From NCBI GenBank assembly GCA_964016885.1, contig CAXHJY010001738.1:248001-312000 (forward strand): DNA of 64,000 nt. Reading direction: 5' to 3'. The notes beneath the pieces are model-generated. The model was not told the DNA's origin. It worked only from the letters and a program-made list of their open reading frames with translations, and ran no database searches. The translations under genes were made by a program, and so were the position numbers. Origin of the DNA: Eledone cirrhosa. Lineage: Eukaryota. How positions within the stretch are numbered: position 1 is the first letter of the stretch; each line of letters starts with the position of its first letter. Below are positions 54,501-64,000 of this stretch, piece after piece.

Positions 54501-57500
54501 GTTTGCAGACGGTGGTGTCCGGGTTTGCAGACGGTGGTGCCCGGGTTTGCAGACGGTGGTGCCAGGGTTTGCAGACGGTGGTGTCCGTGTTTGCAGACGG
54601 TGGTGTCCGGGTTTGCAGACGGTGGTACCAGGGTTTGCAGACGGTGGTGTCCGGGTTTGCAGACGGTGGTGCCCGGGTTTGCAGACGGTGGTGCCAGGGT
54701 TTGCAGACGGTGGTGTCCGGGTTTGCAAACGGTGGTGCCCGGGTTTGCAGACGGTGGTACCAGGGTTTGCAGACGGTGGTGTCCAGGTTTGCAGACGGTG
54801 GCGTCCGGGTTTGGGGACGGTGGTGTCCGGGTTTGCAGACGGTGGTGTCCGGGTTTGCAGACGGTGGTGTCCGGGTTTGGGGACGGTGGTGTCCGGGTTT
54901 GCAGACGGTGGTGCCCGGCTTTGCAGACGGTGGTGCCAGGGTTTGCAGACGGTGGTGTCCGGGTTTGCAGACGGTGGTGCCAGGGTTTGCAGACGGTGGT
55001 GCCAGGGTTTTCGGGATGTGGTGCCCGGGTTTGCAAACGGTGGTGTCCGGGTTTGCAGACGGTGGTGCCCGGGTTTGCAGACGGTGGTGCCAGGGATTGC
55101 AGACGGTGGTGTCCGGGTTTGCAGATGGTGGTGCCAGGGTTTGCAGACGGTGGTGCCAGGGTTTGCAGACGTTGGTACCAGGGTTTGCAGACGGTGGTGC
55201 CAGGGTTTGCAGACGGTGGTGCCCGGGTTTGCAGACGGTGGTGCCAGGGTTTGCAGACGGTGGTGTCCGGGTTTGCAGACGGTGGTGCCCGGGTTTGCAG
55301 ACGGTGGTACCAGGGTTTGCAGACGGTGGTGCCAGGGTTTGCAGACGGTGGTGCCAGGGTTTGCAGACGGTGGTGCCAGGGTTTGCAGACGTTGGTACCA
55401 GGGTTTGCAGACGGTGGTGCCAGGGTTTGCAGACGGTGGTGCCAGGGTTTGCAGACGGTGGTGTCCGGGTTTGCAGACGGTGGTGCCCGGGTTTGCAGAC
55501 GGTGGTGCCAGGGTTTGCAGACGGTGTTGTCCGGGTTTGCAGACGGTGGTGCCCGGGTTTGCAGACGGTGGTGCCAGGGTTTGCAGACGGTGGTGTCCGT
55601 GTTTGCAGACGGTGGTGTCCGGGTTTGCAGACGGTGGTGCCCGGGTTTGCAGACGGTGGTGCCAGGGTTTGCAGACGGTGGTGTCCGGGTTTGCAGACGG
55701 TGGTGCCCGGGTTTGCAGACGGTGGTGCCAGGGTTTGCGGGAGGTGGTGTCCGTGTTTGCAGACGGTGGTGTCCGGGTTTGAAGACGGTGGTGCCCGGGT
55801 TTGCAGACGGTGGTGCCAGGGTTTGCAGACGGTGGTGTCCGGGTTTGCAGACGGTGGTGCCCGGGTTTGCAGACGATGGTGTCCGGGTTTGCAGACGGTG
55901 GTGTCCGGGTTTGCAGACGGTGGTGTCCGGGTTTGCAGACGGTGGTGTCCGGGTTTGCAGACGGTGGTGCCAGGGTTTGCGGGAGGTGGTGTCCGTGTTT
56001 GCAGACGGTGGTGCCCGGGTTTGCAGACGGTGGTGCCAGGGTTTGCAGACGGTGGTGTCCGGGTTTGCAGACGGTGGTGCCCGGGTTTGCAGACGGTGGT
56101 GTCCGGGTTTGCAGACGGTGGTGTCCGGGTTTGCAGACGGTGGTGCCCGGGTTTGCAGACGGTGGTGCCAGGGTTTGCAGACGGTGGTGTCCGGGTTTGC
56201 AGACGGTGGTGCCCGGGTTTGCAGACGGTGGTGCCAGGGTTTGCGGGAGGTGGTGTCCGTGTTTGCAGACGGTGGTGTCCGGGTTTGCAGACGGTGGTGC
56301 CCGAGTTTTCAGACGGTGGTGTCCGGGTTTGCAGACGGTGGTGCCAGGGTTTGCAGACGGTGGTACCAGGGTTTGCAGACGGTGGTGCCAGGGTTTTCGG
56401 GATGTGGTGCCCGGGTTTGCAGACGGTGGTGTCCGGGTTTGCAGACGGTGGTGTACGGGATTGCAGACGGTGGTGTCCGGGTTTGCAGACGGTGGTGTCC
56501 GGGTTTGCAGACGGTGGTGCCCGGGTTTGCAGACGGTGGTGCCAGGGTTTGCAGACGGTGGTGTCCGGGTTTGCAGACGGTGGTGCCAGGGTTTGCAGAC
56601 GGTGGTGCCAGGGTTTGCAGACGGTGGTACCAGGGTTTGCAGACGGTGGTGCCAGGGTTTGCAGACGGTGGTGCCAGGGTTTGCAGACGGTGGTGCCAGG
56701 GTTTGCAGACGGTGGTGTCCGGGTTTGCAGACGGTGGTGCCCGGGTTTGCAGACGGTGGTACCAGGGTTTGCAGACGGTGGTGCCCGGGTTTGCAGACGG
56801 TGGTGCCAGCGTTTGCAGACGGTGTTGTCCGTGTTTGCAGACGGTGGTACCCGGGTTTGCAGACGGTGGTGCCAGGGTTTGCAGACGGTGGTGTCCGTGT
56901 TTGCAGACGGTGGTGTCCGGGTTTGCAGACGGTGGTGCCCGGGTTTGCAGACGGTGGTGCCAGGGTTTGCAGACGGTGGTGTCCGGGTTTGCAGACGGTG
57001 GTGCCCGGGTTTGCAGACGGTGGTGCCAGGGTTTGCGGGAGGTGGTGTCCGTGTTTGCAGACGGTGGTGTCCGGGTTTGCAGACGGTGGTGCCCGGGTTT
57101 GCAGACGGTGGTGTCCGGGTTTGCAGACGGTGGTGCCCGGGTTTGCAGACGGTGGTGCCAGGGTTTGCAGACGGTGGTGTCCGGGTTTGCAGACGGTGGT
57201 GTCCGGGTTTGCAGACGGTGGTGTCCGGGTTTGCAGACGGTGGTGTCCGGGTTTGCAGACGGTGGTGCCAGGGTTTGCGGGAGGTGGTGTCCGTGTTTGC
57301 AGACGGTGGTGACCGGGTTTGCAGACGGTGGTGCCAGGGTTTGCAGACGGTGGTGTCCGGGTTTGCAGACGGTGGTGCCCGGGTTTGCAGACGGTGGTGT
57401 CCGGGTTTGCAGACGGTGGTGTCCGGGTTTGCAGACGGTGGTGCCCGGGTTTGCAGACGGTGGTGCCAGTGATTGCAGACGTTGGTGTCCGGGTTTGCAG

Positions 57501-60500
57501 ATGGTGGTGCCAGGGTTTGCAGACGGTGGTGCCAGGGTTTGCAGACGTTGGTACCAGGGTTTGCAGACGGTGGTGCCAGGGTTTGCAGACGGTGGTGCCC
57601 GGGTTTGCAGACGGTGGTGCCAGGGTTTGCAGACGGTGGTGTCCGTGTTTGCAGACGGTGGTGCCCGGGTTTGCAGACGGTGGTGTCCGGGTTTGCAGAC
57701 GGTGGTGCCCGGGTTTGCAGACGGTGGTGCCAGGGTTTGCAGACGGTGGTGTCCGGGTTTGCAGACGGTGGTGTCCGGGTTTGCAGACGGTGGTGTCCGG
57801 GTTTGCAGACGGTGGTGTCCGGGTTTGCAGACGGTGGTGCCAGGGTTTGCGGGAGGTGGTGTCCGTGTTTGCAGACGGTGGTGACCGGGTTTGCAGACGG
57901 TGGTGCCAGGGTTTGCAGACGGTGGTGTCCGGGTTTGCAGACGGTGGTGCCCGGGTTTGCAGACGGTGGTGTCCGGGTTTGCAGACGGTGGTGTCCGGGT
58001 TTGCAGACGGTGGTGCCCGGGTTTGCAGACGGTGGTGCCAGTGATTGCAGACGTTGGTGTCCGGGTTTGCAGATGGTGGTGCCAGGGTTTGCAGACGGTG
58101 GTGCCAGGGTTTGCAGACGTTGGTACCAGGGTTTGCAGACGGTGGTGCCAGGGTTTGCAGACGGTGGTGCCCGGGTTTGCAGACGGTGGTGCCAGGGTTT
58201 GCAGACGGTGGTGTCCGTGTTTGCAGACGGTGGTGCCCGGGTTTGCAGACGGTGGTACCAGGGTTTGCAGACGGTGGTGCCCGGGTTTGCAGACGGTGGT
58301 GCCAGGGTTTGCAGACGGTGTTGTCCGGGTTTGCAGACGGTGGTGCCCGGGTTTGTTGACGGTGGTGCCAGGGTTTGCAGACGGTGGTGTCCGGGTTTTC
58401 AGACGGTGGTGCACGGGTTTGCAGACGGTGGTACCAGGGTTTGCAGACGGTGGTGTCCAGGTTTGCAGAGGGTGGCGTCCGGGTTTGGGGACGGTGGTGT
58501 CCGGGTTTGCAGACGGTGGTGACCGGGTTTGCAGACGGTGGTGTCCGGGTTTGCAGACGGTGGTGCCAGGGTTTGCAGACGGTGGTGTCCGGGTTTGCAG
58601 ACGGTGGTGTCCGGGTTTGCAGACGGTGGTGTCCGGGTTTGCAGACGGTGGTGTCCGGGTTTGCAGACGGTGGTGTCCGGGTTTTCAGACGGTGGTGCCC
58701 GGGTTTGCAGACGGTGGTACCAGGGTTTGCAGACGGTGGTGTCCAGGTTTGCAGACGGTGGCGTCCGGGTTTGGGGACGGTGGTGTCCGGGTTTGCAGAC
58801 GGTGGTGTCCGGGTTTGCAGACGGTGGTGCCAGGGTTTGCAGACGGTGGTGTCCGGGTTTGCAGACGGTGGTGCCAGGGTTTGCAGACGATGGTACCAGG
58901 GTTTGCAGACGGTGGTGCCAGGGTTTTCGGGATGTGGTGCCCGGGTTTGCAGACGGTGGTGTCCGGGTTTGCAAACGGTGGTGTCCGGGTTTGCAGACGG
59001 TGGTGCCCGGGTTTGCAGACGGTGGTGCCAGGGATTGCAGACGGTGGTGTCCGGGTTTGCAGATGGTGGTGCCAGGGTTTGCAGACGGTGGTGCCAGGGT
59101 TTGCAGACGTTGGTACCAGGGTTTGCAGACGGTGGTGCCAGGGTTTGCAGACGGTGGTGCCAGGGTTTGCAGACGGTGGTGCCAGGGTTTGCAGACGGTG
59201 GTGTCCGGGTTTGCAGACGGTGGTGCCCGGGTTTGCAGACGGTGGTACCAGGGTTTGCAGACGGTGGTGCCCGGGTTTGCAGACGGTGGTGCCAGCGTTT
59301 GCAGACGGTGTTGTCCGTGTTTGCAGACGGTGGTGCCCGGGTTTGCAGACGGTGGTGCCAGGGTTTGCAGACGGTGGTGTCCGTGTTTGCAGACGGTGGT
59401 GTCCGGGTTTGCAGACGGTGGTGCCCGGGTTTGCAGACGGTGGTGCCAGGGTTTGCAGACGGTGGTGTCCGGGTTTGCAGACGGTGGTGCCCGGGTTTGC
59501 AGACGGTGGTGCCAGGGTTTGCGGGAGGTGGTGTCCGTGTTTGCAGACGGTGGTGTCCGGGTTTGCAGACGGTGGTGCCCGGGTTTGCAGACGGTGGTGT
59601 CCGGGTTTGCAGACGGTGGTGCCAGGGTTTGCAGACGGTGGTGCCAGGGTTTGCAGACGGTGGTGTCCGGGTTTGCAGACGGTGGTGTCCGGGTTTGCAG
59701 ACGGTGGTGTCCGGGTTTGCAGACGGTGGTGTCCGGGTTTGCAGACGGTGGTGCCAGGGTTTGCGGGAGGTGGTGTCCGTGTTTGCAGACGGTGGTGACC
59801 GGGTTTGCAGACGGTGGTGCCAGGGTTTGCAGACGGTGGTGTCCGGGTTTGCAGACGGTGGTGTCCGGGTTTGCAGACGGTGGTGTCCGGGTTTGCAGAC
59901 GGTGGTGCCCGGGTTTGCAGACGGTGGTGCCAGGGTTTGCAGACGGTGGTGTCCGGGTTTGCAGACGGTGGTGCCCGGGTTTGCAGACGGTGGTGCCAGG
60001 GTTTGCGGGAGGTGGTGTCCGTGTTTGCAGACGGTGGTGTCCGGGTTTGCAGACGGTGGTGCCCGCGTTTGCAGACGGTGGTGCCAGGGTTTGCAGACGG
60101 TGGTGTCCGGGTTTGCAGACGGTGGTGCCCGGGTTTGCAGACGGTGGTGTCCAGGTTTGCAGACGGTGGTGTCCGGTGGTGCCAGGGTTTGCGGGAGGTG
60201 GTGTCCGTGTTTGCAGACGGTGGTGTCCGGGTTTGCAGACGGTGGTGCCCGGGTTTGCAGACGGTGGTGCCAGGGTTTGCAGACGGTGGTGTCCGGGTTT
60301 GCAGACGGTGGTGCCCGGGTTTGCAGACGGTGGTGCCAGGGTTTGCAGACGGTGGTGTCCGGGTTTGCAGACGGTGGTGTCCGGGTTTGCAGACGGTGGT
60401 GTCCGGGTTTGCAGACGGTGGTGCCAGGGTTTTCGGGATGTGGTGGCCGGGTTTGCAGACGGTGGTGTCCAGGTTTGCAGACGGTGGTGTCCGGGTTTGC

Positions 60501-63500
60501 AGACGGTGGTGCCAGGGTTTTCGGGATGTGGTGCCCGAGTTTGCAGACGGTGGTGTCCGGGTTTGCAGACGGTGGTGCCAGGGTTTGCAGACGGTGGTGC
60601 CAGGGTTTGCAGACGGTGGTGTCCTGGTTTGCAGACGGTGGTGCCAGGGTTTTCGGGATGTGGTGCCCGAGTTTGCAGACGGTGGTGTCCGGGTTTGCAG
60701 ACGGTGGTGCCAGGGTTTGCAGACGGTGGTGCCCGGGTTTGCAGACGGTGGTGTCCGGGTTTGCAGACGGTGCTGTCCGGGTTTGCAGACGGTGGTGCCA
60801 GGGTTTGAAGACGGTGGTGTCGGGGTTTGCAGACGGTGGTGTCCGTGTTTGCAGACGGTGGTGCCAGGGTTTGAAGACGGTGGTGTCCGGGTTTGCAGAC
60901 GGTGGTGTCCGTGTTTGCAGACGGTGGTGTCCGGGTTTGCAGACGGTGGTGTCCGGGTTTGCAGACGGTGGTGTCCGGGTTTGCAGACGGTGGTGTCCGG
61001 GTTTGCAGACGGTGGTGCCAGGGTTTGCAGACGGTGGTGTCCGGGTTTGCAGACGGTGGTGCCAGGGTTTGAAGACGGTGGTGTCCAGGTTTGCAGACGG
61101 TGGTATCCGGGTTTGCAGACGGTGGTGTCCGGGTTTGCAGACGGTGGTGCCAGGGTTTGCAGACGGTGGTGTCCGGGTTTGCAGACGGTGGTGCCAGGGT
61201 TTTCGGGATGTGATGCCCGGGTTTGCAGACGGTGGTGTCCGGGTTTGCAAACGGTGGTGTCCGGGTTTGCAGACGGTGGTGCCCGGGTTTGCAGACGGTG
61301 GTGCCAGGGATTGCAGACGGTGGTGTCCGGGTTTGCAGATGGTGAGCCAGGGTTTGCAGACGGTGGTGCCAGGGTTTGCAGACGTTGGTACCAGGGTTTG
61401 CAGACGGTGGTGCCAGGGTTTGCAGACGGTGGTGCCAGGGTTTGCAGACGGTGGTGCCAGGGTTTGCAGACGGTGGTGTCCGGGTTTGCAGACGGTGGTG
61501 CCCGGGTTTGCAGACGGTGGTACCAGGGTTTGCAGACGGTGGTGCCCGGGTTTGCAGACGGTGGTGCCAGGGTTTGCAGACGGTGTTGTCCGGGTTTGCA
61601 GACGGTGGTGCCCGGGTTTGCAGACGGTGGTGCCAGGGTTTGCAGACGGTGGTGTCCGTGTTTGCAGACGGTGGTGTCCGGGTTTGCAGACGGTGGTGCC
61701 CGGGTTTGCAGACGGTGGTGCCAGGGTTTGCAGACGGTGGTGTCCGGGTTTGCAGACGGTGGTGCCCGGGTTTGCAGACGGTGGTGCCAGGGTTTGCGGG
61801 AGGTGGTGTCCGTGTTTGCAGACGGTGGTGTCCGGGTTTGAAGACGGTGGTGCCCGGGTTTGCAGACGGTGGTGCCAGGGTTTGCAGACGGTGGTGTCCG
61901 GGTTTGCAGACAGTGGTGCCCGGGTTTGCAGACGATGGTGTCCGGGTTTGCAGACGGTGGTGTCCGGGTTTGCAGACGGTGGTGTCCGGGTTTGCAGACG
62001 GTGGTGTCCGGGTTAGCAGACGGTGGTGCCAGGGTTTGCGGGAGGTGGTGTCCGTGTTTGCAGACGGTGGTGCCCGGGTTTGCAGACGGTGGTGCCAGGG
62101 TTTGCAGACGGTGGTGTCCGGGTTTGCAGACGGTGGTGCCCGGGTTTGCAGACGGTGGTGTCCGGGTTTGCAGACGGTGGTGTCCGGGTTTGCAGACGGT
62201 GGTGCCCGGGTTTGCAGACGGTGGTGCCAGGGTTTGCAGACGGTGGTGTCCGGGTTTGCAGACGGTGGTGCCCGGGTTTGCAGACGGTGGTGCCAGGGTT
62301 TGCGGGAGGTGGTGTCCGTGTTTGCAGACGGTGGTGTCCGGGTTTGCAGACGGTGGTGCCCGGGTTTGCAGACGGTGGTGTCCGGGTTTGCAGACGGTGG
62401 TGCCAGGGTTTGCAGACGGTGGTACCAGGGTTTGCAGACGGTGGTGCCAGGGTTTTCGGGATGTGGTGCCCGGGTTTGCAGACGGTGGTGTCCGGGTTTG
62501 CAGACGGTGGTGTACGGGATTGCAGACGGTGGTGTCCGGGTTTGCAGACGGTGGTGTCCGGGTTTGCAGACGGTGGTGCCCGGGTTTGCAGACGGTGGTG
62601 CCAGGGTTTGCAGACGGTGGTGTCCGGGTTTGCAGACGGTGGTGCCAGGGTTTGCAGACGGTGGTGCCAGGGTTTTCAGACGGTGGTACCAGGGTTTGCA
62701 GACGGTGGTGCCAGGGTTTGCAGACGGTGGTGCCAGGGTTTGCAGACGGTGGTGCCAGGGTTTGCAGACGGTGGTGTCCGGGTTTGCAGACGGTGGTGCC
62801 CGGGTTTGCAGACGGTGGTACCAGGGTTTGCAGACGGTGGTGCCCGGGTTTGCAGACGGTGGTGCCAGCGTTTGCAGACGGTGTTGTCCGTGTTTGCAGA
62901 CGGTGGTGCCCGGGTTTGCAGACGGTGGTGCCAGGGTTTGCAGACGGTGGTGTCCGTGTTTGCAGACGGTGGTGTCCGGGTTTGCAGACGGTGGTGCCCG
63001 GGTTTGCAGACGGTGGTGCCAGGGTTTGCAGACGGTGGTGTCCGGGTTTGCAGACGGTGGTGCCCGGGTTTGCAGATGGTGGTGCCAGGGTTTGCGGGAG
63101 GTGGTGTCCGTGTTTGCAGACGGTGGTGTCCGGGTTTGCAGACGGTGGTGCCCGGGTTTGCAGACGGTGGTGTCCGGGTTTGCAGACGGTGGTGCCCGGG
63201 TTTGCAGACGGTGGTGCCAGGGTTTGCAGACGGTGGTGTCCGGGTTTGCAGACGGTGGTGTCCGGGTTTGCAGACGGTGGTGTCAGGGTTTGCAGACGGT
63301 GGTGTCCGGGTTTGCAGACGGTGGTGCCAGGGTTTGCAGACGGTGGTGTCCGTGTTTGCAGACGGTGGTGACCGGGTTTGCAGACGGTGGTGCCAGGGTT
63401 TGCAGACGGTGGTGTCCGGGTTTGCAGACGGTGGTGCCCGGGTTTGCAGACGGTGGTGTCCGGGTTTGCAGACGGTGGTGTCCGGGTTTGCAGACGGTGG

Positions 63501-64000
63501 TGCCCGGGTTTGCAGACGGTGGTGCCAGTGATTGCAGACGTTGGTGTCCGGGTTTGCAGATGGTGGTGCCAGGGTTTGCAGACGGTGGTGCCAGGGTTTG
63601 CAGACGTTGGTACCAGGGTTTGCAGACGGTGGTGCCAGGGTTTGCAGACGGTGGTGCCCGGGTTTGCAGACGGTGGTGCCAGGGTTTGCAGACGGTGGTG
63701 TCCGGGTTTGCAGACGGTGGTGCCCGAGTTTGCAGACGGTGGTACCAGGGTTTGCAGACGGTGGTGCCCGGGTTTGCAGACGGTGGTGCCAGGGTTTGCA
63801 GACGGTGTTGTCCGGGTTTGCAGACGGTGGTGCCCGGGTTTGCACACGGTGGTGCCAGGGTTTGCAGACGGTGGTGTCCGTGTTTGCAGATGGTGGTGTC
63901 CGGGTTTGCAGACGGTGGTGCCCGGGTTTGCAGACGGTGGTGCCAGGGTTTGCAGACGGTGGTGTCCGGGTTTGCAGACGGTGGTGCCCGGGTTTGCAGA
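51503..64000 (-). repeat. Inverted 22-bp minisatellite array (>565 units, open at window end)
   Basis: Plus strand (GGGTTTGCAGACGGTGGTG[TCC/CCA/CCC])n, the reverse complement of the forward unit. Confidence 0.97.

Noticed and set aside
24094-64000. Very long ORFs (up to 2886 aa) with His/Pro- or Gly/Cys-rich 22-aa repeats
   Set aside because: A 22-bp period with a stop-free consensus gives the same peptide in all three frames of each strand. 1-bp and other frame-breaking indels and scattered stops are tolerated, and there is no signal peptide or unique domain.
24115-64000. CRISPR-like array
   Set aside because: Units are contiguous with no unique spacers, there are no cas genes, and the context is eukaryotic.
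51503-64000. True telomere or telomere fusion at the inversion
   Set aside because: No tandem TTAGGG, and the junction polarity (C-rich then G-rich) is opposite to an end-to-end fusion.

Overview
Repeat-saturated animal genomic DNA with no supportable host gene. The SINE family and the (TA)n/(TACA)n density suggest an octopod cephalopod (inference from recognition, not a database search). 1-23.9 kb is a nest of decayed mobile elements inside microsatellites: three GIY-YIG Penelope-like (PLE) remnants (two with inverted pseudo-LTR arms), short (TA)n-flanked cassettes with minimal type I hammerhead-like motifs, a Tx1/L1-clade LINE in (TATC)n, a non-autonomous Helitron, a near full-length R4/Dong-like RLE LINE between (TACA)n tracts, an RTE 3' end and tRNA-derived SINEs. 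23.9-51.5 kb is a macrosatellite. Five ~2.0-2.6 kb spacers (SINEs, palindromes, one hammerhead-like motif each) alternate with 22-bp minisatellite arrays (GCAAACCCTGGCACCACCGTCT) of about 43, 73, 165, 164 and 262 units. At ~51.5 kb the minisatellite flips orientation and runs >12.4 kb to the window end with higher-order periodicity. Main observation: the array flanks rejoin into the endonuclease-domain reading frame of a CRE-clade-like retrotransposon (SLIWGVTCCDALSDTNLVASASNPGT|AICNADERKINKYQALSDHFIP...IAIER), so the satellite appears to have been born inside that coding region. The very long ORFs in the arrays are artefacts of a stop-free 22-mer.
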